Part shown: positions 48,851-63,580 of the stretch, one piece after another
How the letters are laid out: the number at the start of each line of letters is the position of its first letter
Position numbering within the stretch: the stretch's first letter is position 1
Assembly: GCA_964016885.1 (NCBI GenBank)
Contig: OZ024745.1
Span: 88,970,001 to 89,034,000, forward strand
Source: Eledone cirrhosa
Taxonomy: Eukaryota
Reading direction: 5' to 3'
DNA length: 64,000 bases
Notes under the pieces: generated by a model
The model's database searches: none
Told to the model about the DNA's origin: nothing
The model's input: only the letters and a program-made list of their open reading frames with translations
Made by a program: the position numbers and the translations under genes

Positions 48851-51381
48851 GTTTTTTAATATCTTACTGCAATTTGCTGAATTCATTCGACGTGTCAGGT
48901 GGAAAACGCTCCACTATGATAGAAGCCGTATGAACTCACCATCAGAAAGTGGTGTAAACAACAAATTTGGTTTTAGAACGTGTAAAAACCCACCCACTAA
49001 CCCACTATTAGATGCATTTGAGCAGGACCTTATGGACTTAATCCTTAAAATTAAATTCAAAGGACGTAACACCAACAACAAATTGCAGAAAGATATTAAA
49101 AAACTACTGGACGACCTTAAAAAAAAAATGAATTGTAGTAAAAGCGGACAAAACATCTAACCTGAATACTATGGACTGCACTACATACAACAACTTCATT
49201 CGAAAAGAATTACATAAAAAATATAGAAAAACGAATGAAGTAACTCTTAAGCACATCAATGATGAGGCATGCGAAATAGTGAAAAATCTCGGAATCGAAG
49301 ATAGGACAGGACCACTCTTACCGGCGGTACCCACCTTCAATCTTAAGGACCATAAGGTAAACTTTGATAATGACCCTAAAATTAGATTAATCTGCCCCTC
49401 TAAATCAGATATAGGTAAAATAAGCAAATATATCTTAGATAGAATCATCCCCCAAATTAAGGCTAAGGTTAACATTAAACTCTGAGGGAAGACCCAAGAA
49501 GCAATAAGATGGTTTAATAGCATTAGCAATAAGAATAAATCTAAGTTTATCCAGTTTGATATCGACGAATATTACACATCGATATCACCTGAAACTCTGA
49601 ATAGAGCCATTAAGTTTGCTAAGGATAACTCTGACCTTACAAACGATGAAATTAAGATTATATTAGAAGCTAGGAAAACTATAGTCAAATTTGAGAACAG
49701 TTATTGGGTTCGTAAAGATAGACCCTCTAACTTTGACATAACAATGGGCTCTAACGATTCGGCGGAAATAACTGATATTGTGGGGTTATTTATCGCCTTT
49801 AGACTCCAGGAAAAATTCAGTAATCTCCACGGTGGAATATACCGCGACGATGTTCTCCTCCTAGTTAAAAACCTAAATAACCAAAAACTAGAAAAACTAA
49901 GCAAAGATATAAGAAAACTACTACTCGAAATAGGACTAACTATAACATATGAATACAACCTTAAAGTAGTTAACTTCCTGGATGTCACACTCAATTTAAA
50001 CTCTGGTCTGATTAAACCGTTTCATAAATTGAATGAAAATCTCAAGTACGTAAATGTTGGGTCTAACCACCCCATCTCTATAATTAAATCTATCCCTAAA
50101 AATATTTCCCTTAGAATCTCGGGTCTATCTTCTAACATACACGTATCTAAGGAACTCGCCGGGTACTACAATAACGCCCTTAGTAAAGCAGGCTACCTCA
50201 ACAAAATAGAGTATATAGATGAGAAAAATCAAAACACCCAAAACAAATCCCACATAGGTAGATATAATAACACAACACTAAACCACACTTACTACCATAG
50301 TATACACACCAGTAAACCAACAAACAAAACTAATAAAAAGCGATGCAAAGAGTACTTATGGTATAACCCTGAATACAATAGTTCCATTAGTACAAATTTA
50401 CCAGTACTCTTCTTTAAAATAATTAAGAGACATTTTCCTACATCACACAAATACCACAAAATCCTAAACCCTACCACTATAAGACTGTCATACTCTACAG
50501 CATTAAACCTTGAACAACACATAAAAAGATCAATACTAGAAGGTTAAACGAAAATACTAAAATCTTAAGTACAAAGAACACAAAAAAACAGTAGACAATA
50601 CACTACAGAACATAAATAAACCACACCTAAGTTCGTCCGCAATACTACTCCAGAATAAACCCAACGTACACAACTTTAACTGCACCTATCCTGACAACTG
50701 CCCCCTCGGCAATAACTGCCTGGAAAAAAATATCATTTATAAGTGTACCATTAAATCCGGAGGCAACGAGTGGTATTAGGTGGGATCAACGGCAACATCG
50801 TTTAAATCTCGATTATATAGGCATTCTTACTCAATAAAACACCAGAGCCAAAGAAATGTAACAACTTTAGCAGAAAAAGTTTGGACGCTCAGGGATAGCG
50901 ATCAAAAGTTTACCCTAAAATGGGAGAAATTAGCTAAAACCCAAGGCTTTTCCAGGAGCCAAAATTTCTGCAAATTGTGTAATCTTGAGATTTATTACAT
51001 AATCACACACAAGAAGAAATTGCTTAATAACAGAATTGAACGAACATTATTCTGCCGTCACCGAACTAAAACCCTTTTTTTCCCACTACAAGCTGAATAT
51101 TACATAAAAGAGGGACATCCCCCAACTATATAAACCTCAATCTAGTTAGAAAAATATAAAAACAATCTCTTCTCAACATATATATGTATATTAATAACCT
51201 TAAATTACCACACTAACAATGGATAGATATGCTGATGAGAATAGGTGCGAATATGCTATAATGAATGTGTCTAAAAGCGACCATATGTATGTATATATAT
51301 GTGAAAATGTATATAACTAAGTAAATATATATATATGTTTGATGTGTATAGTTAGATGTATGTGTATTCATGTATTAAAGT

Positions 51382-51446
<65 letters not shown>

Positions 51447-51532
51447 GAAAAATTGAACAGGGACAGAACAGAGAGGCAGTACGATAAATGTTTATTAAAT
51501 TCACGCTCAGGAGAGTGGGGGGTAGGTGTGGG

Positions 51533-51564
51533 ACGACGTTTCGGGCATAAGCCCTTCTTCAGGT
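51533..51564 (-). ncRNA. Minimal PLE-type HHR
   Basis: AC-CTGAAGA-A-GGGC-ttat-GCCC-GAAA-CG-TC-GT with AATAAA downstream; short stem I. Confidence 0.7.
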
Positions 51565-52277
51565 GAGAAGTGTGTGGGAACAGAGTTCAAAAGGTGTGTA
51601 GTGGGGTGGGGGTGGAGAGACATATAGCGAAAGGAAACGGTGCGAATGAAAAATTAACAAATAAAGACAAAAAATATATAATAAATAAAAATAAAGCATG
51701 ATCAAAATACAAGGAATGATAAAATTTAAATATATATATACACATAGACAGGAGTATGTATGTATATATGTGTGTGTCTATACGTGTGTATATAAAGATA
51801 AGTTGAGTATGAAAATGTATACACATGAATGCGTATGTATGTACATATATATATGTATATATATGTATATATATATATGTGCATGTATATATGTATGTAG
51901 GTATGAGTATGTACGTATGTGTATGTGAGTATATGTATTTTATAGAGGTGTGCATATATGTTTGTGTGTGAATGCGTGGGCGAAAGGATACGTACACTTG
52001 AAAGAAAAATTTAAGTCTTAATGTTAATTAAGTGCAAACACAAAGCCAACCATGCATATCTATACTATCTCTAATCCTTCTATAGATTTAGAAAAAATAA
52101 CCAACGCCAAATAATATATTCTATAAAAATGTCAAAACAACAGATGGGAATCTAATTACTCACTGCCACCAAGAATTCTCACTGCTATCAAAAAACCACT
52201 CCCTTAACTATTCTTCTAACAACTTCACCCCTCCCTCCTAATATTCTCTATAAAAACCAAACAGGTTCTCAATAAAA

Positions 52278-52398
52278 TTATTCTGATGAAATGACAGTTG
52301 ATAATAACATTGAAATATTGAATGTCTGCATAACTAATACTTTGTAGATAGCAGCTGTTTTCAGGTTATGTAACTGTTATTGAAACACGTGTCAATAA
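52278..52398 (+). ncRNA. Type-I HHR with long stem II
   Basis: TTATT-CTGATGA-AATGACAGTT...AACTGTTATT-GAAA-CACGTG-TC-AATAA. Confidence 0.85.
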
Positions 52399-52432
52399 AT
52401 TCCTTTTAACTGAACTGTATCCATTTAAATCC

Positions 52433-52524
<92 letters not shown>

Positions 52525-52529
<5 letters not shown>

Positions 52530-52866
52530 TGTATGCATAGTATATTTGGCAATATACCGTATGTTTAATTTAAAACATTTTGAAGACCTTACGCTATCAT
52601 CTTTAAAGTAGTGAATATGTCACTTACTTCTTTTCGCCGAAAGAAGGCAGAGAAGTTAAGAGTCTGTTTCATGCTGTTGGCAATCATCAGTGCTACGTAC
52701 TGCCCTCTTCCACCGAAAATTATAGAAGCTGGATTCTTATAGAATTCCAGTAATAATCAGGAGCTGATTATACAGAGCGATTGCCGGTCCAGCAAAAATT
52801 AAGTCTTCAAAATGTTTTTAATTAAACATACGTTATATTGCCAAATATACTATGCTTACATTCATG
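52525..52866. repeat. ~65-bp inverted repeats enclosing an orphan HHR core
   Basis: ATGAATGTA..TGAAGAC / GTCTTCA..TACATTCAT arms. Minus strand ~52667-52690 reads CTGATGA-TTGC-caaca-GCAT-GAAA. Confidence 0.6.
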
Positions 52867-52898
52867 AATACATCGCTATTGCAGAGCACCAATCCTAA

Positions 52899-52942
<44 letters not shown>

Positions 52943-53739
52943 CCAGCAAAAATAAAAGTAAGAAAATTCATACAACTTGCGATTTCGTCGGATCTCGCAA
53001 GTGCTAATTAATCTAACATAACGCTCGGTCAGGTCTCCATCTTGTCATTTCTAACACTAACATATTCTTTTTCCCAACTAAATGTTGATGACGTATGAAA
53101 CTTTTTAACAGCTCAGCTCATAAATAGCTACACGATACAATTGAATTAAATGATAAGAAGCTGAATGCATTGAAGCAGGTTTCTGCTTTGTTATGTTATC
53201 ACATATTTTCTTTTATTCCTTTTTTTTCTCTCTATCTTCTTTTTGCTAAGCAAGTCTCCTATCTTAATCAGGTGTTAGAATTTCTACTTTCAATATATTA
53301 GCTATTCCGTCTGGAATTGTACATTGAATGTTATGTTGATTACATTACGATGGAAAGAACTGGGCTATTCACAGAAGAAGAATTCACAGAATACGTAGCA
53401 TAACATCTTGCCGTCATTTTCATACTTATTTTGAATCATTCTTTATCCTTTGCCAAATGTTAAATGCCAAACCTGCTGAAAATACTTTTCTGAAATATAG
53501 TGGAGAATCACTGCCAAAATAAATATACAACTACAACTACTGGATTCTACGATAGAAAAAACATGAAGTGAATAGACTGGCTTATATGTTAGATATGGCT
53601 AATCTTATTTTACATTTTGCTGCCATTTTTAGTTTTGAACGGTTCTCCATCCCTACAACAAACTGGATTAATTCATCTTACTAATTCTCGTCTTTTAAAT
53701 TTCCGCAATCGTATTCCTCGATTTACTTTATCCCCCACC

Positions 53740-54740
53740 CACTCTCTCTCTTTCTCTTCCTCTACTCTCTCTCTCCCTCTCTCTCTCTCTTCTTCTACTC
53801 TCTCTCCCTCTCTCTCTCTCCCTCTCTTTTCCTCTACTCTCTGTCGCTCCCTACCTCTTCGTTTACTATCTCTCTCTTCCTCTACTCTCTCTCTTCTTCT
53901 ATTCTCTGTCTATCTTCCTCTACTCTCCGTCTTCCTCTACTCTCTCTCTTCCTCTAGTTTCTCTCTCTAAACACACACACTTTCTCTCTCCATCTACTCA
54001 CTCTCCCCCTCTCTCTTCAGCTACTCTTTCTATCTCTTTCTTCATCTACTCCCTCTTTTCGTCTACTCACTCTCTCTCTCTTCGTCTACTCTCTCTCTTC
54101 GTTTATTTACTCTCTTTCTCTCTCTCTCTGTCTCTCTCCGTCTTTCTCTCCCCCCTTCTCCCCCTCTCTATTTTCTCTCCTCCCATCCAATCTTCTACTC
54201 GTTATTACCTATGACCTTTGTGTTCTTCCACCACAACTTCCATATCAGATATTACACGTAATTCCTATGATGACGCCTGTATCACACATGTTGTCTATGT
54301 TGTTTAACTCTTATGTATTCCCTGAAAACAGAAAGCTTTCATGAAACCAACTTTACCATTTTGTCGTTGAAAAATAAAGTATCAATTCGGATCTGAATAG
54401 TCTCTTTAGTCAATCTCTCCCTATCTCTCTGCCCCCCTCTCTTATCTTTCTCCCCCTCTCTCTCTTTATCCCCTCTCTTTGTGTTTTCCTCTCTCCTCTC
54501 TCTCTCTTATGTCTCGTTTCACTCTCACTCCCTCCCTCTCCATTTCTCTCTCCCTCTCTCCTGTATCTCCCCTCCTTCACACCCTTTCTCTCCCACTCTC
54601 TCTCTCTCTCGTATTACTCTCTCACTCTTTCTCTTTCTCTCTTATTACTCTCTCACTCTCTCTCTTTCTCTCGTATTATTCTCTCACTCTCTTTCTCCAC
54701 TCTCCACTCTCCTCTCCACCCGCTCTCGCTCTCTCACACG
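53740..54740. repeat. (CT)n-rich low-complexity tracts
   Basis: Direct reading (53740-54185 and 54415-54740). Confidence 0.9.
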
Positions 54741-55059
54741 CACAAATACTTTCTTTCTCGATTGTATTTAATAATTCATGGTTTCCTGTTTGTCACATTG
54801 TGTTATGCTGAGAATTGAGTATAGATTGCGCACATCTGTGTAACAGTCAACCACTCTAATGTGTGATATGAGCAAATTCGCTGTTATTACAATATCCCCA
54901 TCGGTTGTTTTTAGTATATAATCGTCATAATTTCCCATCTTTAATTCTCAGTAAAAGTTACTTCACATCACACTTCAGATTAGTTTGGAAGATGCGCATG
55001 AACAGAATTTGTATATCCATCTTCAAAACAAGAATATATTCCATGAGTAAGTAATTACT

Positions 55060-55350
55060 CGACAATGTGGTTAGAATATATCAGGAAAGAATGGCTGGAC
55101 AGATTTTACTGGCAAAATCAACCGACAGGAGACCCAGGGGTAGACCCCGAGCAAGATGGTTGGATAACATCCATGATCTTGGCTGGTCTCGCTTGGTGAT
55201 CCGGTCGGATCAATTGGAGAGGTTTGCTTCTGACAGGACCCGCTGGAAGGTATGTTTGATGACTCTGCTCTCGCGACATGACCCTCTCAATAATAATAAT
55301 AATAATAGTAATAATAATAATAATAATAAGAAGAAGAAGAAGAAGAAGAA
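55060..55350 (+). mobile_element. RTE-like LINE 3' fragment with (AAT)n(AAG)n tail
   Basis: RMAGQIL...RRPRGRPRARWLDNI, typical RTE C-terminus. Confidence 0.7.
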
Positions 55351-55974
55351 ACATAGATTTTACTACACTACCAATGCAAGTATTCAATGTTTGATTCAGT
55401 TTATCACATAACAGTCAGAAAAGAAATCTTGGGTAAAGAAGTAACGCGTAAGAAAAACCATGTAATTTTTCTCAGTTTAAAGAAATTATTGACAAATAAA
55501 TAATGAAATAATATGGATTTTCACATGGTTGAAATCTAGACAGGCATACAGAGTGTGAGTGAGAACGGAATCGATTATAAATAAGCTTGAACTTTTACTT
55601 CAGATCTTATAAAACCTAAGGGATTCGTACGGTAGCCAACTTGGGTCTATTTGAACATGGCCGTGTCCTACTCTCTCTCTCTCTAGATTTGACATTTGAT
55701 TCCTTTCAGGGAGAGAGGGGAGCAACAGAGAGATATAGAGAAAGTGTTCGTGAGAGAGAGAGGGAGAGAGACGGGGGAGGGAGAAGAGAGAGATGAAGAT
55801 AGAGAGTTCGAGAGAAGGAGAGAGAAGGTGAAAAAGGAAGAGAGAAGGGGACAGATAGTGAGAGAGAGAAGGAGAGAGAGTGACAGAGAAATTGAAGAAA
55901 AATTATCTACCTCAGAAATATTTATGGACCCTGAAAAGTTGAGAAAGAATAAAGAAAACCGATATAAATATGGT

Positions 55975-56615
55975 GGCGTGTGGCCAAGTGGTTTTACAAT
56001 CATTATGTCATGGGTTCGATTCCTGGACTGGATTGTGTGTTGTGTTCTTGAGCAAAATATTTCATTTCACGTTGCTCCAGTATACTCAGCTGGAAATTAA
56101 TACCAGCAATAGATCGGATATAAACCCTATGATTGACTGGCATCCTTCCTAGTGGGGAAGTATTGTATTCTCAGTTGCTTCACGCCACGAATCCGGAGTA
56201 AGCACCAACGTGACGAGATATCTGGCTGGAGAGAAACTTTATCCCAGCGATGGACTGGTGTGCTGTTCAGGGGTGGGGTGGGGGTTACTCTCAGTCGCTT
56301 CACGCCACGAAACAACGATGAACACCAGTCTGATGGGCCTCCTGGATTGAGACAAACATTCACCCTACGATGGACTAGTGTCCTGTCCAGGGAGTGGGGA
56401 GTCTTGTACTTTCAGTCACTTCACGACACGAAACCTGGATAAACATCGGGCTGGTGAGCCACTGTGCTCGAGCCAGACTTTAATCCTGCGAGGGACTGGT
56501 GTCTTCTCCAGGGAGGGGGGGGGGGGGGATTATTGTACTCTCAGTTGTATCAGGCCACGAAACTGAGATAAACCCCGTCCTATCGAGACTTTTGGCTAGA
56601 GACAGATTTTAGACT
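55975..56615 (+). mobile_element. tRNA-derived SINE with ~4 tandem ~120-bp 3' units
   Basis: GTGGCCAAGTGG..GGTTCGATTCC; repeated GATGGACTGG..CAGGG..ACTCTCAGT..CACGAAAC units. Confidence 0.65.
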
Positions 56616-57401
56616 TCAGGTATGAATAAAGCAAAGCCATAATCCCGATGCTTTAACGACTCCGTTCCTTCACCGCCTGTGAAATTGTACAATCGGTATT
56701 AAATAACAGCTGCCACTCGCGGAAGCAATTGTATATTGTATATGTATCGAAGTGAATAATTTCTATAAATTTTAGGAATACATTTGTGTGAAACTGAAAA
56801 TATTTGAAATATATTTGTCATTTCTTTCTTTAAATTTTACATTTTCATTCGGAACAAATTTGTAGAAATTGATTGGAAAAGGTGTGAACGGAATATTGTA
56901 ATTATATACAATATATACATGTGTTACTCTATAATTGCCATTATAATAGCTGCAGTAGGGATTTATATTATAAAGTCGCAAGATTTTCGAAGACATAACT
57001 ACAAAATGTATAATAGGGGAAAAGTTATACTACAATTATTTGGAGTTACTGTCAGCTTAATGTAGAGGATACATAGATATAGAAAGATAGTTGGATAGGG
57101 AGAGAGAGAGAGAGAGAGAGAGCAGAGAGACAGATAGATAGAGGGAGAGAGGGAGAGAGAGGGAGAAAGAGAGAGATGTAGGTACATAAATAGATAAATA
57201 AATAGATACATAGATAGGCAGATAAATAAATAAATAAATATAATTGAGTGCGCGCGTGTGTGTGTGTGTGTGTGTGCGTGTACCGCGGGTGCAATCGGGG
57301 GCAACCACAGTAAGGTACTCAATACATAGCAGAGTACAAATATTAAATATATAAATGGCTTCTACAGAACTAGAACTGTTTCATTCGAAGGAAATCATCA
57401 G

Positions 57402-57453
57402 GGCTTTCCTGATGATTTCCTTCGAATGAAACAGTTCTAGTCCTGTAGAAGCC
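57402..57453 (+). ncRNA. Type-I HHR inside a ~115-bp palindrome (57346-57464)
   Basis: GGCTTTC-CTGATGA-T-TTC-cttc-GAA-T-GAAA-CAG-ttctagtc-CTG-TA-GAAGCC. Confidence 0.75.
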
Positions 57454-57570
<117 letters not shown>

Positions 57571-57694
57571 ATCTGAGTTTTTCGAATATTAATAATAATT
57601 TTCGACTTGCTTGCAATTATGAAAACAGCCTCTTTAAAGCCATGTCAATAGAATGACAACGCCATTCTTGCACTTGTGTTGGCATGCAAACAGA

Positions 57695-57741
57695 ACTGCA
57701 GACACAAATGTTTCTTCGTGATTATCCCTCATCAGTACAGT
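57695..57741 (-). ncRNA. Degenerate type-I HHR within an inverted-repeat-bounded segment (~57567-57938)
   Basis: ACTGTA-CTGATGA-GGGATAATCAC-GAA-GAAA-CA-tttg-TG-TC-TGCAGT. Confidence 0.6.
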
Positions 57742-58805
57742 ATACTGCTTACCTGCCAACAGTCAGAGCTAGTGAAAATATATGATATTTTCTAAAATAT
57801 ACAGTGACGGATCGGCCCGATTTGCATATTTGCAGACAGCCTGATCAACACAAGAGGAAGAATTGTGGGGTCGTTCTACTGACATGACTATAAAGAATTG
57901 AATATTATCATTAATATTCGAAAAGCTTTAGATTACATTTATTGTATTCAGTCATGTAGAGCGATAAAACTATTTGTTGGTTATTTGAATAGGCAAAACC
58001 CGTCATTAATCGCTCATATACATGAAACTGACTGGCCTATCTGCTGATATGCAAATCTGGCTGATCAGTGGGTCTGCTAATATGCAGATCTGACTGATCA
58101 GGCATAACAACAACAGCAATCACAACCAGAACTTGCACAATGTAAGCGGCAACCTTAACAACAGTAACTACAGGAAGAGAATCAACGGTAGAAGCAGCAT
58201 TGACAATACCAGTGCCATCAATAACACCAACAACCACCACGCTAATCCAACGAAAGTAACAGCAACAAGTGTAGGATAATTCCCCCTACCTTTCCCATAA
58301 ACTCATATTTCTCCTCACTTTTGACCTCGCTGAAATATGCAAAGCAGTCGAATCTATATATTAAACGGAAAAATCTCCCGCGAAAAAAAAAAAAAAATGA
58401 ACGAAAAATGTAAAAGAAGACCAACCAATACAGAAGATGAAGATATTTGAGGGGGATGCAGGTTTTTCACGACTTAGCCACGTGCCTAGAGCAGCAAGAT
58501 TATAAAGAATACAAAACTAACAGCAGCATCTGCAACAGCACCACCACCCGCGCCTATTCTACACGAGGTTTTTACATCAAGGGTACAGACGCCTGAAGAA
58601 CACTCAGACACTTTCTTTCTCGTTAAATCTATGAAAATATAGTTCACTTTGTAGAAATAATTAAATATCTTCGTTCAAACCGACGGAGACCCACCTGCGT
58701 TTTATACATTTTTATGTATACGAAAAAAGAAAAATACAATTACTACCGCACTAAAGTAACTCGAAGCTGCCCTCGGATTCAGGTAATATTAATAAAAATA
58801 CCAAG

Positions 58806-59035
58806 TGCGGTGGATTTGCAGTATTAGTGGAGTGTCGGACAACAAACTTTATGGCATAGAGTTACGGCCCTTTACAATTTGAGTTCAAATCCTGCCGAGT
58901 TCAGCTTTACCTTTCATCCTTAGGGGGTCGATAAAATAAAGTACCAGTCACGATCTGCGGTCAATTTAATCGACTTTCCCCTCTTCCAAAATTGCTGACC
59001 TTGTGCCTAAATCAGAGACCAATATTAATAAGAAT
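58806..59035 (+). mobile_element. tRNA-derived SINE
   Basis: Same family as the 25100 SINE. Confidence 0.8.
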
Positions 59036-59059
59036 ACTGAAATAAATATATTAATAGCA

Positions 59060-59103
<44 letters not shown>

Positions 59104-59237
59104 ATAACCAAATATGTGGGTTAGACTCCCATGTACGGCAACACTCATCTTTTTCCATTTCTCCGAGGGTTATAAACCCAACTATCAGGCTAGTCATTTC
59201 TTTAGTCTAAAATACGGTGAAAGCTTATAATTTCTAA

Positions 59238-59303
<66 letters not shown>

Positions 59304-59330
59304 ATGTAATAAACAACATAAGGCAATTAT

Positions 59331-59388
59331 TCCATTTACCAGTGGTTTCTTAAAAGCAAAAGGTTTTGCTTTCAATCCTCAGAATGAA
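59331..59388 (-). ncRNA. Type-I HHR
   Basis: Reverse complement of 63274-63331. Confidence 0.85.
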
Positions 59389-60271
59389 AAAATCCTGGTT
59401 TGTTTATTGAATTTGGATTACAAAAACAAAAATGCAATCTATATGAAAGTGAGGCTGGAGAAGGGAGAAGGAAAGGAAAAATAAAATAAAATAAAACTAC
59501 ACAGGCAAACACACACACAAAAAAACCCAAAAGCATACTTACACACACATACATATATACATATATATATATGTACGCATACATATATACATATACGCAT
59601 ATATATAAAACGTACACTTACATACACATACACATATATACACACATATACACATACATATATTAACACACACACACACACACACACATATATACACGCA
59701 CACACACACACATACACACACACACACACACACACATACACACACACACGCGCGTACACACACACATATATATATGTACATATATATATATATATATATA
59801 TACATATATATACATATACACACATACACATACACACACATATACACATGTGTGTGTACAAGCATACACATACACAAACATAGCCATACACACACACATA
59901 TATATACACATACATACATTCACACAAACATACAGAACGTACATACATACACATACATGAATGCAATCCTCTACATATTCACACACGCAAATAAATATAA
60001 GAAAAAAAAAATATATATATATTAAAAATGTTGACACCGATACATGACCCAGCTAACAGGACAGACATGCGTGGTAAGTAATGCACATAAAAGCACGTAT
60101 ACATACGTACGAAATAGTAAACACATACAAACACTCTCATACATAAATATACATAAACAAATACAAAAACACATACATACACATACATACACAAACACGC
60201 ACACGTATACAATATAAACACACACACATGTATATGTAATTATACACACACACACACACACACACACACAT

Positions 60272-60333
<62 letters not shown>

Positions 60334-60455
60334 AACATATAAAAATATAAACGCACACACACACACATATACGTAAACACACATATACATACACAGCTAA
60401 ACAATTATACACATGCAAATACGTATATATCAAAAACACGCACAACCAAATACAA

Positions 60456-60503
<48 letters not shown>

Positions 60504-60548
60504 CCACACACACACATACATAAACAATAAAAACACACACACATATAC

Positions 60549-60653
<105 letters not shown>

Positions 60654-60802
60654 CACACAACCGTACATATACACATATGCATACACATACACACACACAT
60701 ATACATGTGTGTATGTGTAAAACTCAGTATTAGAAAAGACAAATGAACCTTATATAAACGTATATATAGTAGTAAAGTAATAAAGCAACATAAGGCAATT
60801 AT

Positions 60803-60860
60803 TCCATTCACCAGAGGTTTCTTAAAAGCAAAAAATGTTTCCTTCAATCTTCAGAATGAA
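60803..60860 (-). ncRNA. Diverged HHR copy, GTG at the cleavage site
   Basis: TTCATT-CTGAAGA-TTGAAG...CTTTTAA-GAAA-CCTCTGG-TG-AATGGA. Confidence 0.65.
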
Positions 60861-61208
60861 AAAAATGAAAAAAACCTGGTTTATCCACATATACATACAT
60901 ATACACACACAAATATACATATATATACACATACACATACACACACATACATATATATATATACATATATATACATACATACATATATACACATATATAT
61001 ATATATACATATATATATACACACAAAAATACATACACATACACATAGGTATGCGAAGGGCAAAACAAAAAAAATATATGGGGGGCCTAAGAGGAGGTAA
61101 AATATAAGGGGAGGTAAGGGAGAAAAAAATTTAGTAAATATACAAGAGTACAGAAGGTAGAAACAGCAAAATAAAAACCGTAGCAGAAGTAAAGAGCAGG
61201 AAATGAGT

Positions 61209-61727
61209 TCAAGGCGGTTGATTTATCATAGGAGTGTCAATCCAGTTACAGATCAGATGCGATTTCAGATGAGGACAGCATCTGAAGATCTCACTCTTTG
61301 AGTTAAGGCAAGCGGAAGTGGCTCTCAAGTTTAGCAAAATCCTATACTTTTCTGTGGTGCACAAAGAACAATTCTTTGTGCCCCTTTGGTACTCCCTCGA
61401 ATGATCTAATATAGACCAATCAATAGAGTACGGGATATTACTATCCTTGAGATCCCATACCTTACTTGCGAGGGCCGTTGATGTTCGTTTATCGGAGTGC
61501 TTAAAAGAAGCGACATGTGAGTAAAATCTGGTTTTAAACCTGTCCTGGGTCATACCGACATATCGCTCACTCCTGGCTGGCTGGTTGTTGATTACTGGCG
61601 TTATCTTAGCCTCATAAACGACAGATTTTGTGTTACATTTACCCTGCAATGGGCATTCATCCGGCTTCCTGCAACTGCATCCTGGATTTATCCTCGTACA
61701 GTTTGAACTGGTGATTTTGGACTTCAT
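61209..61727 (-). pseudogene. PLE GIY-YIG endonuclease fragment
   Basis: CSC...CPLQGKC, SVVYEA, YVGMT..FKTRFYSH, CSLCTTEK. Confidence 0.85.
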
Positions 61728-63273
61728 AGATGGGCAACAAGAGTAGCTGATCTTAACTTCATTCCTATTAAAAATCTTATAATATCTATGAATAGGAGGA
61801 AAATGTTTGTCTTATAGTTCAAGGAATTTCCTTCCTGCATTAGTTTTGACAGTTAGAGAGAAGGGGGGTGTGAACCAAATAATCTTCCTTTTCCTGTTAT
61901 TATGGTTAGTTTTAGGGGGGGGGGGGGGGGAGTAGGTAAATAAGAATTTTTTTCTGTAAACCCGCTGTTCTTAAGGGCTTCATAAGGGGCGGCTTTATTA
62001 AAAATGTCTATAGACGAAGATAAGGTAGAAATCCTACGGCTAATGTTAGGAATAAGATTATTAAAAACTATAGGGGGATGGCAAGACTCTTTGTGTATAT
62101 ACCTAAGATTTTCATTAGGTTTATGATAGAGTTTAAAAGAGGCAGTAAGTAGATCAAGATTAATATCAAGAAAGTTAGAATTTATCAAGATTATGGCCGT
62201 TGGTGGTATGAGAAACTGCTAATCCGTCATCACGGTATAAACCGATATTATGGGACGGAAATTTCTCTTTGAGTGTGTGGAGAAGGAATAATCCTACTAA
62301 GTCACACACATCCGCACTGTCATATGAACCCATTGCAACATCAAAAGAGTTTTCAGGGTTTGACTTTTTAACCCAAATATTATCATTAGTAAAAAGTAAA
62401 GTTTTTCTAGCATGAAAGATAATGTCCTCTTCTAATTTAGAGATATTAATGAAGGGTCTTACAAAATCTAAGGCATTAGTTAATAAGGAAACAGTAATAG
62501 AAGGGTAAAAATCGACAATATCAAATTGGGTAAATCTACACTTATTTTTACCTTGTATATTATTGAACCAAGAAATAACAGAGGAAATATTTAGCCACTG
62601 TGAAAGGTCAGTGTTAGTTCTAATTTGGAGAATTATTTTTCTTAAGATTTTCTTACTAGCAAGGCCAACCTTTTTAATATATATATATATTTTTTTTTCT
62701 TATATTTATTTGCGTGTGTGAATATGTAGAGGAGTGCATTCATGTATGCGTATGTATGTACGTTCTGTATGTTTGTGTGAATGTATGTATGTGTATATAT
62801 ATGTGTGTGTGTATGGCTATGTTTGTGTATGTGTATGCTTGTACACACACATGTGTATATGTGTGTGTATGTGTATGTGTGTATATGTATATATATGTAT
62901 ATATATATATATATATGTACATATATATATGTGTGTGTGTATGTGTGTGTGTGTGTGTGTGTGCGTGTATATATGTGTGTGTGTATGTGTATATGTATTA
63001 ATGTATGTATGTGTATATGTGTGTATATATGTGTATGTGTATGTAAGTGTACGTTTTATATATATGCGTATATGTATATATGTATGCGTACATATATATA
63101 TGTATATATGTATGTGTGTGTAAGTATGCTTTTGGGTTTTTTTGTGTGTGTGTTTGCATGTGTAGTTTTATTTTATTTTATTTTTCCTTTCCTTCTCCCT
63201 TCTCCAGCCTCACTTTCATATAGATTGCATTTTTGCTTTTGTAATCCAAATTCAATAAACAAACCAGGATTTT

Positions 63274-63331
63274 TTCATTCTGAGGATTGAAAGCAAAACC
63301 TTTTGCTTTTAAGAAACCACTGGTAAATGGA
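63274..63331 (+). ncRNA. Type-I HHR
   Basis: TTCATT-CTGAGGA-TTGAAAGCAAAA-cc-TTTTGCTTTTAA-GAAA-CCACTGG-TA-AATGGA. Confidence 0.85.
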
Positions 63332-63489
63332 ATAATTGCCTTATGTTGTTTATTACATAATAATAATAAATAAGCTCTGTTGCCTACATAGAGCACTCTT
63401 TTTTCCTGGACTTTTCCGATGGAATTACTTCATTCACACATATATATATATATATATATATATAGGTTCATGCTGTCATTACCACAGCA

Positions 63490-63580
63490 GAGGTCCGAAG
63501 AGCTTTTGATTCCAGAGTCGGGCCACATCGATACTGACCAAACCTTCAGCTGATCAATAGCGAAACGTGCGTCACCACTC
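63490..63580 (+). ncRNA. Type-I HHR with C4 core variant, solo pLTR fragment
   Basis: GAGGT-CCGAAGA-GCTTTTGAT...ATCAATAGC-GAAA-CGTGCG-TC-ACCACTC, then AATAAA at 63581. Confidence 0.75.

Larger units (their letters stand above)
48890..52436 (+). mobile_element. Near-complete decayed PLE (YRDD RT plus GIY-YIG plus 3' UTR/pLTR), interrupted by (TA)n and another pLTR
   Basis: KADKTSN, CPSKSDIGKISK, QFDI, MGSNDSAEITDIVG, GGIYRDD, NFLDVTLNL, SNHP, WYNP, IIYKC..GST; ~51735-52436 mirrors ~45895-46595. Confidence 0.9.

Noticed and set aside
51227-51290. ATATG-CTGATGA...CATAT possible HHR
   Set aside because: GAAA box and NUH site cannot be placed convincingly.
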